Origin: a virus
Taxonomy: Duplodnaviria; Heunggongvirae; Uroviricota; Caudoviricetes
DNA: 64,000 bases
Reading direction: 5' to 3' (one strand)
IMG/VR virus record: IMGVR_UViG_3300048503_000086
The position numbers and the translations under genes were made by a program. A model generated the notes under the pieces. The model was not told the origin of the DNA. It worked only from the letters and a program-made list of their open reading frames with translations, and ran no database searches. Below, one piece after another: positions 16,939-25,838 of the stretch. How positions within the stretch are numbered: the first letter of the stretch is position 1; the number at the start of each line of letters is the position of its first letter.

Positions 16939-17921
16939 TCATAGGGCGACTTGCTGAGTTCTTTGGATTCGTTGAAGGGCTTGCTCGTACACGGCCTGGT
17001 TGATCTCGGCGGCAAATGCCATTCGGCCGGCTTCCCCCGCCGCAATCGAGGCGGTGCAAAGGCCGCCGAACGGCTCCCACACCACGTCGCCCGGGTCCGA
17101 GCAACTTTTCACGAGCAACTGCATGAGTGCGAGCGGCTTCTGGTTGGGATGGACCACGCTGCCCTGGACCTTGATCCGTTCCTTGCCGCGCACCGCCGGG
17201 ACGTGCCAGACGTTGGTTACCCCGGCTTCACAGTGAAACTTCCCGCGAAGCTGCTCCCACTGTGAAGCCGCAAGGCTCGTCTCGCCGTCAACCGAAAAAT
17301 AGGGACGGCCCGAGGGGTCGCCGTGCGTGTTGGCGTAGTCCACCAGCCGTTGGAACACGTCGGGCGGCGGGAAGTACCACAGATAATCGCTGGTGAGATA
17401 CTTGCGAGTGGCGGCGTTCTTCACGCCGCACGCCTCGTTCGACTTGGCGAGAGGCAGTCCGGTCCGCCGCCATTCCGCCCGGAGCCACTGCTGGGCAGAA
17501 AGCGGAGAGTCCGCGGCGGTCAATCGGAACTGGGGTTGCCGGACGTAGTGGACGCATACCTCGGTGACAACGGGGAACTTCCGCAGCGTTTGCGTGTTCG
17601 TGTTGCCGGCGACGTGGGCCAGACCCTTGTCCCAGACGCAGCACGCCGGTAAATCCAGCCCGCGTCCCGCAGGACGGGGTGGACTTCCGCCCAGCCGACC
17701 TCCGTGTTCCATAACCAAAGCGTCGTGCTCGCGGTAGCACGGCGGGTCCATGCCGCAACGTGCGGCTCGTACCACTGGCGGAGTTGCTCCGGCCGTGCGA
17801 GGTCGCCGTCGTAGCCGCTGAGACCGTAGGGTCCATCGGAAACGATGAGCGCCGGCGAGTCCCACTGATCGTAGAAGATCAGCGCGTCCCCACGGCAGAG
17901 ATGGATCAAGGCGTCATTCAT
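16939..17921 (-). pseudogene. Beta-class N4/N6 DNA methyltransferase split by a frameshift near 17640-17655
   Basis: N-terminal part (frame of ORF 17520-18038): MNDALIH...SDGPYGLSGYDGD...TLWLWNTEVGW. C-terminal part (frame of ORF 16939-17865): ...CVWDKG...HPNQKPLALMQLLVKSCSDPGDVVWEPFGGLCTAS. The two frames overlap about 135 nt with no stop. Confidence 0.6.
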
Positions 17922-18044
17922 AGCAAGTAAGCAAGGAAGGCAATGACAGACCCGCAGGCTGCCAGAATCGAGACGGTGATGACTCAAGACGTGAAGGCAT
18001 TGACGGCTGACCACCGATGCCCACGGGCTTGCTGGCAATTGCCC

Positions 18045-18072
18045 TTGACGGTCAGGGGATTGCGCATAAAAT
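18045..18072 (+). promoter_or_regulatory. Sigma-70-like promoter for the plus-strand ParB-methyltransferase gene
   Basis: TTGACG, 16-nt spacer, TAAAAT, then AAAGGAG ribosome-binding site and ATG at 18095. Confidence 0.4.
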
Positions 18073-18094
18073 GAACCAGTGAAAAGGAGACGCT

Positions 18095-19096
18095 ATGCCT
18101 CGTACCGCTGCACGGAAAGTTGTCTACAGGCCGTTGGTCCATCTGCCTCCGTTGTCTGCCGAAGACTGCGAAGGACTCCGGGCGTCGATTGCCGTAAGCG
18201 GCGTCGTAGTGCCGATCGTCGTCTGGCCAAAGGGCAAGACCAGATTCGTCATCGACGGCTCCTATCGGAAGAAGATCGCGGATGAGCTAAGCTACGAGTG
18301 TCCTGAACTGGTCCGCTCTGATCTCACCGAGGAAGAGGCTCGGATCATGGCTCGCGCCTTGAACCTTGCCCGTCGCCAGCTTGATCGAGGGCAGAAACGT
18401 CAAATCATTGCAGACCAAGTCGAAGAAACACCCGATCGTTCGGCCCGCTGGGTCGCCAAGATGCTCGGTGTCAGTCCCCAGACTGTCGCCAGTGTCCGCG
18501 ACGAACTCCGACATAACTGTGCAGGTGCTCAAATTGAGCACCTGCACAGTTGTGTCGGTGGGGATGGCAAGTCTTATCCCTCTCATTCCTTGTCAGCGGA
18601 CATTGATCGTGTTACGCCAGTCAATCACGAACGCTACACGCCTCCCGAATTGACGAGCATGGTTCAGCGCGCCTTGTGCAAGATCGACCTCGATCCAGCT
18701 TCCAGTCGGGAGGCGAACAAGACCGTTAAGGCTGCATCCTTCTTCACGAAACAGATGGACGGGCTAAAGCAGCGGTGGCGCGGCTGCGTCTTTCTCAATC
18801 CGCCTTTTGATAATTGGCCTGCTTGGGTGGCAAAGCTGGATCAGGAAATCAAGGCCGGCCGCGTGAAGCAGGCGGTCGTTATCGGTCCGGCCAACATCTC
18901 GGCGTTTCGACCCTTGCTCAAGCACGGCGGCTATCTTTTCCTCCCGAATGAGCGGCCCAAATACTACAGTCCGGGCGACGATAAACGGATTGACCCTCCC
19001 TTTGGCTCCCTGATATGTTACGTGGGGCCAAAGCCAGCCCGTTTTCTTTCGGTGTTCGGCAAGCAGGGGTTGATCCTCAAGGCAGTCAGGCCCTGA
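18095..19096 (+). CDS. Fusion of ParB-like N-terminal domain with phage-type N6-adenine methyltransferase
   Basis: N-terminus VVPIVVWPKGKTRFVIDGSYRK (ParB/Srx fold); central HTH; C-terminus CVFLNPPFDNWPAWV (NPPF motif). The only plus-strand gene in the 1-42 kb block. Confidence 0.8.
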   Translation: MPRTAARKVVYRPLVHLPPLSAEDCEGLRASIAVSGVVVPIVVWPKGKTRFVIDGSYRKKIADELSYECPELVRSDLTEEEARIMARALNLARRQLDRGQKRQIIADQVEETPDRSARWVAKMLGVSPQTVASVRDELRHNCAGAQIEHLHSCVGGDGKSYPSHSLSADIDRVTPVNHERYTPPELTSMVQRALCKIDLDPASSREANKTVKAASFFTKQMDGLKQRWRGCVFLNPPFDNWPAWVAKLDQEIKAGRVKQAVVIGPANISAFRPLLKHGGYLFLPNERPKYYSPGDDKRIDPPFGSLICYVGPKPARFLSVFGKQGLILKAVRP

Positions 19097-20060
19097 TCTT
19101 CAGGGGCTTGCGGCAGGCTTCCAGGAAATTGCCGACAGCCTCACCGTCAAAGAAGAGGCCATTGTTCGACAGGTCCTTGGCGAGCCATGTGCCAACGCCG
19201 TGCAGCCGGCGGCCGGCGGCCATGTGCTCTGTCACACGGCTCACGGCGCGGTGCGCGGCACCGGTGCCGCCCGTTTTGCAAGACATGCTGAGGTAGAACA
19301 GGAGCAGGAAGTTCGTCGGCTTGCCGTTGCACTCGTTGTCGAGCATGTCGAGGGCAACTTGGGCGATCTGCTTCTCGTTGTCACCGACGAGCACTCGCAG
19401 GACGACGTTGTAGCTCTCGGAGAGCTTCTCGGTCAGGTCCTTGTAAGTGGCGCACTCCCAGCAGAGCAGCGACCTGAAGGCTTTCAAGGCCCCGCCCTGC
19501 GCATCGCGGTCGCTCTGAAACCACTTGATCGCGCCCGGCTTCTTCTGCCCTTCCAGTTTCACCAGCAGCCCCCCGCCGCGCGTCACACGCGCACGGGCTG
19601 CGTCCTCGGAGCAGCCTTGCAGCTCCGCAATCTCCTTGTAGCTCAGACCGTGCTCGTGGTGCAGCCGGTGGGCGTTGGCCGCGTGCTCCTTCAGCGTGTG
19701 TCCGCGCTGAGTCAGTTGCTTGTTGTTGTCCGTGAGAGAGATGTACTGGGCATTCCTCAGCGCGTTCGGGCCCTTGACAATATCAACATTGAGTCGCTCC
19801 CATCCGAGCTTGATAGCTCCGCACCTGCGTCCGAGGCCGGCGGGAATGTAGTTCACGCCATCCTCCTGGTAAACGACGATGTTGTTGGCGAAGTCCGTCC
19901 TCCCGTCAGCGAGGCAGGCCCTTGCGATTTCGTCGCCGCGGACCTTGGCGTTGTCGTGCTCCCGAGTCTGGAAGCGCGTGCTGGGGGAAAGATCGGAGAC
20001 GAGCATCTCCTGCGTTTCAACAGTGATGTGGCGGTTGCCAAAACGTCGTTTCATGGTCAA
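19086..20060 (-). CDS. ParB-like nuclease-domain protein with C-terminal sigma-region-4-like HTH
   Basis: YIPAGLGRRCGAIKLGWERLNVDIV; LSYKEIAELQGCSEDAARARVTRG. Confidence 0.65.
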   Translation of the reverse strand: MTMKRRFGNRHITVETQEMLVSDLSPSTRFQTREHDNAKVRGDEIARACLADGRTDFANNIVVYQEDGVNYIPAGLGRRCGAIKLGWERLNVDIVKGPNALRNAQYISLTDNNKQLTQRGHTLKEHAANAHRLHHEHGLSYKEIAELQGCSEDAARARVTRGGGLLVKLEGQKKPGAIKWFQSDRDAQGGALKAFRSLLCWECATYKDLTEKLSESYNVVLRVLVGDNEKQIAQVALDMLDNECNGKPTNFLLLFYLSMSCKTGGTGAAHRAVSRVTEHMAAGRRLHGVGTWLAKDLSNNGLFFDGEAVGNFLEACRKPLKIRA

Positions 20061-20105
20061 GAACTCCAGCTAAAATGTGAGGGGAGAGTGAGAGTGAGAG
20101 TGCGA

Positions 20106-20594
20106 TCAGCAGTCGGTAAGCTCGCCGGGAAGACGCTTGCCATTCCAAGGTGCCGAGTTAATGAGCCCCCTGGCATCCGCGTAGTTGTACTTGGCATCGC
20201 GGGGTACATCGTTCTCTGGGACAAAGGCATAGGTGATGCGCGGCGCTGCGGTGACATCGACCAAGAGGAAGCCGTCAAGCAGTTGCCGCGCATACTGGTA
20301 CTCCAGCTTATCGAACTTACGCCGGGTGCCGTTCTGCTTGTGCGGGTTCAAGGCGGTCCCATTCGCCGTGACCATACGGACCTGGAAGACGTAATCACCT
20401 TTGGCAATGCAGTCGCGGGGGTAGTCGGGGTCGCGGTTACGCTTCAGATCGCTGAACCGCCCCAGCAGATGCTCGAAGACAAGGAACGCAGCGGCACGCC
20501 CGTCACGGAGCGTTTGGGCCAGTCGTTTCTGGCTTACGCAGCCGAAGGCCACAGGCAGCTCGTCCGTGTAAATCGTGTCCAGCTTGAATCTCAT
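20106..20594 (-). CDS. Hypothetical protein, translationally coupled (ATGA) to the upstream gamma-class methyltransferase; speculative restriction-endonuclease partner
   Basis: 162 aa, no recognisable motif. Position and size are consistent with a small Type II endonuclease. Confidence 0.45.
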   Translation of the reverse strand: MRFKLDTIYTDELPVAFGCVSQKRLAQTLRDGRAAAFLVFEHLLGRFSDLKRNRDPDYPRDCIAKGDYVFQVRMVTANGTALNPHKQNGTRRKFDKLEYQYARQLLDGFLLVDVTAAPRITYAFVPENDVPRDAKYNYADARGLINSAPWNGKRLPGELTDC

Positions 20595-21472
20595 GCTCCA
20601 CCTTTGATCTTGAGGATGTAACGGGCAAGGAGTTGACGCTTGAGTAGCTCGTCGAGCTGGCGGGCGGACAGACTGAGCTGGTGCGTGGTCAGATCGGCCT
20701 CCTCGTGCTTGCCGAGGTTTTGGAAAGCCTCCCTGACTTCGGGGTAGGGTGTGCGGATGTAATACTTGCCCTGTCCCGTCCCGTTGCAGGCGGCCACTTT
20801 CCCGGCGGTCGCGCCGCAGCGCTGAACGATGATGTTGTAGTCATCATCCACGGTGACAATGCTGTAGAGCCCCTCGGGGTCAGCCGCAATCGCCGTGGGC
20901 CGTCGGCCGGTGCAACCCGCAGGCATCAGGAACCATTCCTGCCAGTTGCACTTGGCCTCGGTGGTCTCGAAGCCACCCTCGATCTGGCACTCATAGATCA
21001 GCTCCAGACGAGGGTTGACTGGTCCGCAGCCGTGGGCTCCGTGCATCGAGCGTGGGAGAACGAAGCAGATCCACGCTGCATACTCGGCCGCCTTATTCAG
21101 GAAGGCGCGAGCCAGGTGACCGTTACGACCGAAAGGCGGGTTGCCGACTATGATCGTTGTCTCCGGCTTCCACCTATTGACTCCAAGCGTCTTGCGGGTG
21201 GACTCCAGGAAATCACCGTGCGCGTCTGCCGATAGTTTCCTGTCGATTTCCAACGAACGGATGCGCCGGAGCGGCACGCCGGCGGCACGCAGGGCCTCCA
21301 CAAAGGCCCCCTTACCGCAGGATGGCTCGATATAGCGGCGCGCACATGCCGGATCAAGTCTCTGGATCAGCGACTCGATCAGCTTCACCGCCTTGTCGGC
21401 ATCCGTAAAATGTTGATCCAGGTCTCGTTTCACTCCACGTCCCTCCGCCGCCAGTATCGCTATACTGGCCAT
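20591..21472 (-). CDS. Gamma-class N6-adenine DNA methyltransferase
   Basis: YIEPSCGKGAFVEAL (motif I) and IIVGNPPFG (NPPF). Confidence 0.8.
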   Translation of the reverse strand: MASIAILAAEGRGVKRDLDQHFTDADKAVKLIESLIQRLDPACARRYIEPSCGKGAFVEALRAAGVPLRRIRSLEIDRKLSADAHGDFLESTRKTLGVNRWKPETTIIVGNPPFGRNGHLARAFLNKAAEYAAWICFVLPRSMHGAHGCGPVNPRLELIYECQIEGGFETTEAKCNWQEWFLMPAGCTGRRPTAIAADPEGLYSIVTVDDDYNIIVQRCGATAGKVAACNGTGQGKYYIRTPYPEVREAFQNLGKHEEADLTTHQLSLSARQLDELLKRQLLARYILKIKGGA

Positions 21473-21493
21473 AGGTGATCTTGAGCGTTGCGA

Positions 21494-21949
21494 TCACGCT
21501 GCAAACTCGCCAAAGTGCTCTTGTTCTGCTTTGCGGCGGGCCGCAGTAGCCTCACCAACAGTGTCGTAGGTGCCAAAGTTGAGAATCTTCCCGTTGGCCG
21601 TCAACCTTGCTTGCCAGCGGCCGTTTGTGTTCGCGTACACGCCCTTCACGCCGCTCCGCGCCAGCACAACATGCCTGTTCATCTGATTCTGAGCGTTGGT
21701 CGCCGGCCGCAGATTGTGCCGCATGTTGTTCAGTCGATTGCCGTCTCGGTGGTCAATCTGCTTCGCAGTTCCGTATCCGGCTCGTTCCGCCACCATTCGG
21801 TGCATCAGAATGGGCCTGCCATCGTTCCAAGTTTGAGCGTAAGGTCGCTCACGCTTCCCGGAGCAATACCACTTGAACTGACGAAGGCAGGCGTAATCCC
21901 GGTCGCTTACAGAAGCGACTTTGCCACGAGTGAGGGGAATCGTCTTCAT
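21494..21949 (-). CDS. HNH-AP2 homing endonuclease (second copy)
   Basis: MKTIPLTRGKVASVSDRDY...HRDGNRLNNMRHNLR...GVYANTNGRWQARL. ATG at 21949 overlaps the ligase stop (ATGA). Confidence 0.75.
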   Translation of the reverse strand: MKTIPLTRGKVASVSDRDYACLRQFKWYCSGKRERPYAQTWNDGRPILMHRMVAERAGYGTAKQIDHRDGNRLNNMRHNLRPATNAQNQMNRHVVLARSGVKGVYANTNGRWQARLTANGKILNFGTYDTVGEATAARRKAEQEHFGEFAA

Positions 21950-23055
21950 TCGGCGTCGCGTATCCTCCACAACCGTGCTTCTTTCGGAATGCCGTCGTCG
22001 GACAACTCTCTATACTTGAAGCTCACGATTTGGCCGATCTTAAACGACCGGCCCTGAAATGATTGAGGCATGTCCACGCCCGGGTTGGCCGAGGCGAAGA
22101 CGCCCATCTCGCCGGAGGCAAACTCGCGCTCGATGTCGGTCAGGCCGGAGAGTTCCAGCCGTTTGCCGCCGTAGTCAACGATCAAAGCACCAATTCGGCC
22201 CAGATGCTTGCTGCCCTTGTCCGTCTCCCGCCCGGATGTGAAGCCGACGATCGTCGCCTCGGCGTCGGAGAATGGTTTGTACTTGAGGATGCCCCGATGC
22301 CGCTTCGGCGTCCAAGTTGCCTGCGGATTGCGGACGACCACGCCTTCGCCGCCCTGGTCGAGCACCTTTTGCAGGAAGGCTTCGACCTGTTTGGCCGCCT
22401 CTTCCACCGTGTCGATCAGCTTCGTCTGCTGGTGCATGTAGCAGGCGGACAGGTCAGTGTTCTCCAGGGCGGTTCCCAGGAACTCCAACTCCTCGGCGAA
22501 GGTCGCCCGGCGGTTGATGAGACAGAAGTCCCCCTCGAAGTCTCCAAGTCGCCCCTTGACCCATCCTTCAACCGCCTCGTAGTTGATGGCGGCGTGCAGG
22601 TTGGCGTTCTTAATCACGCCGGAGGCAAACACCGAAGTGAGCGGCGGCGAGGAGTAGACGGCATACTGAATCTGCCGGAACCGCGGATCGGGTGTGTCGC
22701 CGCCGCAGATCGACCGGCAAAGCTGGAAGTTCCCGCGGCCAGCCCACAGCTCGCCGTCCAGCAGGCAGCACGGCAAGAGATTCAGGAACCAGTCCGGGGC
22801 GAGGATCGGATTGCCGTAGCGGCTCCACAGGCCCGTGGCGACCGGCTTGATTTTGGCCTTCATCCTGCCCGTCTTCGGGTCGATGACCGAGGCCCAGGGG
22901 ACCTCCACGGTCGGCATCCCTCGGCTCAAGCCGCCGTCCCAGAAACAGCGGGTGCCGTCGAGCTTCTCGGAGACAAGCCAGCCGGCAACGTCGTGCTTGG
23001 CCCGGTCGTAGTGGTCGGCCAGTTGCAGGAACTCGCGGCGATTCGATGATGCCAT
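21946..23055 (-). CDS. ATP-dependent DNA ligase
   Basis: SEKLDGTRC (KxDG adenylation motif I) with downstream OB-fold region. ATG at 23055 with GAGGCAC ribosome-binding site. Confidence 0.85.
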   Translation of the reverse strand: MASSNRREFLQLADHYDRAKHDVAGWLVSEKLDGTRCFWDGGLSRGMPTVEVPWASVIDPKTGRMKAKIKPVATGLWSRYGNPILAPDWFLNLLPCCLLDGELWAGRGNFQLCRSICGGDTPDPRFRQIQYAVYSSPPLTSVFASGVIKNANLHAAINYEAVEGWVKGRLGDFEGDFCLINRRATFAEELEFLGTALENTDLSACYMHQQTKLIDTVEEAAKQVEAFLQKVLDQGGEGVVVRNPQATWTPKRHRGILKYKPFSDAEATIVGFTSGRETDKGSKHLGRIGALIVDYGGKRLELSGLTDIEREFASGEMGVFASANPGVDMPQSFQGRSFKIGQIVSFKYRELSDDGIPKEARLWRIRDAE

Positions 23056-23085
23056 TGTGACGTGCCTCAACGGTGCTCAGATGGG

Positions 23086-23247
23086 TTATGATGAGAATGC
23101 GGCTCGAAGCACTCGTTCGACCCGTTCATCCTCGCGGCGAACGTGTAAACGCCGCTCGACCTGGATCGGCCGGCTGTAGACGATCAGACCGGGGCACCAA
23201 GCGGCATGTTCCAAGTAGCGGGTGCTGATGAATTCGACCGTCTGCAT
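23086..23247 (-). CDS. Small hypothetical protein (53 aa)
   Basis: MQTVEFISTRYLEHAAWCPG... AAGAGGGG ribosome-binding site. Lies 37 nt downstream of motif copy 5. Confidence 0.35.
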   Translation of the reverse strand: MQTVEFISTRYLEHAAWCPGLIVYSRPIQVERRLHVRREDERVERVLRAAFSS

Positions 23248-23621
23248 TCGCAACCCCTCTTGGTTGACTGCCCTTGTCCAAATAAAGAGTTGCAAAATAC
23301 GGCCAACTGGTTTTCAGCGTTACTCGCATTTTCAGCCGTGCCGACTCTAGGCGATGGCCTCACCTCTGGCCTGAACTCCGGCTTGGGCTCTGGGCGGGGC
23401 CCTGGTTCAGGCCACTTGGGGTGCGGAATCCGGTGCTTAGCGAGCAGGTCTTCACACCGGCGAATGTATTCGTCGCGCACACCCAGGGCACGTTGCAGAC
23501 TGTCAGCCGTTTCGCAGACCGCGATGAACCCTTCATGCTCCCGGGCGATCTCCCGGGCGTGGTCGATCTCCGCCAGGACGACAAACGCAAGCACTAGGAC
23601 GAGGATCAAGATTCTCTGCAT
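23184..23621 (-). CDS. Signal-peptide / Pro-rich protein. The 3' extent is uncertain because the ORF runs through motif copy 5 and the small gene at 23086-23247.
   Basis: MQRILILVLVLAFVVLAEIDHAREIAREHEGF... then PEPGPRPEPKPEFRPEVRP. Confidence 0.3.
   Translation of the reverse strand: MQRILILVLVLAFVVLAEIDHAREIAREHEGFIAVCETADSLQRALGVRDEYIRRCEDLLAKHRIPHPKWPEPGPRPEPKPEFRPEVRPSPRVGTAENASNAENQLAVFCNSLFGQGQSTKRGCECRRSNSSAPATWNMPLGAPV
23285..23315 (-). promoter_or_regulatory. Copy 5 of the conserved motif
   Basis: aAAGAGTTGCaaaatacggccaaCTGGTTttc. Confidence 0.5.
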
Positions 23622-24217
23622 GACTTGTGCTCTCTTTGATAAGCCAGTAGCCGGCCGAAACACTCAACCAGATAGAGGGACGTGCAGGAATGCCCCAGCC
23701 TGTTCCAGGGGCGCGGCACCAGGACGACGTGACCATCATTGCCGGGCTGCTCGAAGAGATCCGTATTCGCCTCACTATCGTCTACCAGCAGGGCGTCGGG
23801 GCGCGCGAAGAGCCATTTGCGGGGTGTGATGGCGTACTGCCGGTGCATCCACGGCGGGAAGTGCTTCTGAATCCACTGGACCTTGCCGGCCGCACAATCA
23901 GGGTCTTTCGTGGGACTGGTGGCAATGATGATGTTCTCCCGCCCGACCAGCCGCTCGCATTGCTCCAGCAGCCAGGGGAACTCCGGCGTCTCCGGCACGG
24001 AAGCCCAGTCGTCTCGCGTGAACGACTGCCAGAACGAGGGCCGAGTGAACCGCTTCTCGCCCAGCAGCCGATTGGCGATGTCGGCAAGATCAAACACCGA
24101 GCCTGCGGGCAGATCGCCGTAATCCGTAGGACTGACCTTGCAGCCCACAAGCGTCAGGAAGTACATGGACAGCGTATTGCACACGTCGTCCAGGTCGAGG
24201 TAGATTCGGCGGATCAT
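23606..24217 (-). CDS. 5'(3')-deoxyribonucleotidase (NT5C / HAD-like)
   Basis: IYLDLDDV (HAD motif I, DxDxV); LLVDDS. Confidence 0.7.
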   Translation of the reverse strand: MIRRIYLDLDDVCNTLSMYFLTLVGCKVSPTDYGDLPAGSVFDLADIANRLLGEKRFTRPSFWQSFTRDDWASVPETPEFPWLLEQCERLVGRENIIIATSPTKDPDCAAGKVQWIQKHFPPWMHRQYAITPRKWLFARPDALLVDDSEANTDLFEQPGNDGHVVLVPRPWNRLGHSCTSLYLVECFGRLLAYQREHKSCRES

Positions 24218-24924
24218 TTGCTGCCCTTCTTGATATGCCTTAACTCGGCCTTGGCCAGCGTGCGTTGGTACAGCCCTTCCTTCATGCGGTACGTGGAAGC
24301 CAGCGACATGCCGATGGCATCCGCAATCTCTTGCAGCGAGTAGCCGGCCTCACGCATTTCGACGTAGGTTCGCTCCTCCTGGCGGCAACAGCAGGATGCG
24401 ATCAGATCACGCATCTCCAAGACGGAATCGTCGCCGTCGCAAAGAGATGTCTCAGGCAAGATGCCGGAAGGCAGCATCGCCTTGATCCGCTTGCCATTGG
24501 CCGTCGCCTTCCACTGCGTCCCATGCGGGATGCGGATCATGGGTTCCGCCTCGGCAAATTGTCCCAAGCGGGAGGCAACCGCCACGCCGATGTACTCGAC
24601 AGGCGCAGTGACGCCGCACCCTTTCTCCGCCATGAGGTTTACAGCCGCCACCAGGCCCATGAAGCCGACACTTGTCAGATCATCCCGCAAATAGCCGTAC
24701 TCGGGAAAATCGCGGATGTAGGCACTCACTTTTGACACAACCAGCGGCATGTTGCCCTCAATCATCTGGCGACGTGCTTCCAAATCGCCCGCCGCCACCC
24801 TCGGCGCAAGCGCCAGATTGCCCTCTGTGCTCAGCGGCGGGGTCATCTGGGAAATGAGTTCAGTGTTGTATTGGCTCACGATCACTCTTTCGGAAGGAGA
24901 ATGGCGTCCATGCGCCAGGCGCAC
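24214..24924 (-). CDS. Sigma-70-family RNA polymerase sigma factor
   Basis: Region 2: AAGDLEARRQMIEGNMPLVVSKVSAYIRDF...LRDDLTSVGFMGLVAAVNLM. Region 4 HTH: YSLQEIADAIGMSLASTYRMKEGLYQRTLAKAEL. Confidence 0.8.
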   Translation of the reverse strand: MRLAHGRHSPSERVIVSQYNTELISQMTPPLSTEGNLALAPRVAAGDLEARRQMIEGNMPLVVSKVSAYIRDFPEYGYLRDDLTSVGFMGLVAAVNLMAEKGCGVTAPVEYIGVAVASRLGQFAEAEPMIRIPHGTQWKATANGKRIKAMLPSGILPETSLCDGDDSVLEMRDLIASCCCRQEERTYVEMREAGYSLQEIADAIGMSLASTYRMKEGLYQRTLAKAELRHIKKGSK

Positions 24925-25382
24925 AAAGGCTGGAAGCCGTGAAGATCGAAATCGAACCAGGCGTACTCGAAACCGTCCGGGTCATAGATGTGTCCACGGT
25001 CGTAGGCGACCATGTGGCCGCTGTGGGCACCCTGCCCCTCAAGGACGCCGCGCGTCGTGCAAAGCGTGTCGTAGAAGCGGTTCGTCCGGTCGTGGTCGCT
25101 AAGATGGTGGCCGGCGTAGGTCCGACCACGCACGTCGCGCAGCATCGGGCAGAATTCGATCGGCGTCACGGCGAGGCCGCGCTTCAGGCACAGATCAATC
25201 AACTCCTGGATGTGAAAACCACGGCGGCCTTCCAGGCCGGCCGGACCGGGAGCTTCCTGCCAGAGCACTTCGCCGCCGTCATGGCCCAACTCGTCGAGCA
25301 GGGCGCTGACGGGCATATCCAGCACAATCGCAAACGACGTTGGCACACACTGCCAGCGTTCAGGCTTTCGCTGTAGGCGCAT
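24882..25382 (-). CDS. Hypothetical protein (possible Cys/His peptidase)
   Basis: 166 aa; contains WQCVPTSFAIVL and a later GHMVAYDRGH. Confidence 0.45.
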   Translation of the reverse strand: MRLQRKPERWQCVPTSFAIVLDMPVSALLDELGHDGGEVLWQEAPGPAGLEGRRGFHIQELIDLCLKRGLAVTPIEFCPMLRDVRGRTYAGHHLSDHDRTNRFYDTLCTTRGVLEGQGAHSGHMVAYDRGHIYDPDGFEYAWFDFDLHGFQPLCAWRMDAILLPKE

Positions 25383-25424
25383 AGCATCCCTCAGTTGGTG
25401 ACTTATGACGGGGGTGGGAACCGG

Positions 25425-25838
25425 CTAATCGAGTTGCGCGCGCTCCAGCGCTTCGCGGTCTAGCTCGTCAAGCAGTGCGCCGATGTCAGGAATCTGGCCC
25501 CATGACTCTTTCCAATACTCGCGCCAGTTGGGCCGCTTGAACAACTTGCCGTATTCGGCTTCATTGGCGGCAGTGAGTATCCAGATGCCAATTCCTTTGG
25601 CGTCCCACAGAGGCCACTTCTGTTTCTGTGCCTTCGTGAAGGTGTAGTGCTTGGGCTGCTTGCAGTCGATCCAGCGTGTGCCCCACTTCTCGTGGGCGAC
25701 AAACAAGTCAGGGAAGCCGGTCTGATAAAGGTTTCCGTGGGTATGCTCAACCATCCAGCCGCGGGCTTTCAGAAAGCCGATGAGGGCTTGCTGGATATAC
25801 CACTCGGGACCGTGGGCCGGCTGCCGGATCTTCCTCAC
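25425..25838 (-). CDS. VRR-NUC domain nuclease
   Basis: PEWYIQQALIGFLKARGW...GFPDLFVAHEKWGTRWIDCKQPKH. Confidence 0.6.
   Translation of the reverse strand: MRKIRQPAHGPEWYIQQALIGFLKARGWMVEHTHGNLYQTGFPDLFVAHEKWGTRWIDCKQPKHYTFTKAQKQKWPLWDAKGIGIWILTAANEAEYGKLFKRPNWREYWKESWGQIPDIGALLDELDREALERAQLD

Noticed and set aside
23086-23295. 69-aa ORF beginning MQLFIW, and the similar 16574-16777 ORF beginning MQLFIGQ
   Set aside because: Their TTG 'starts' lie inside the conserved motif (TTGCAACTCTTTAT). The real genes start at downstream ATGs with ribosome-binding sites (23247 and 16747).
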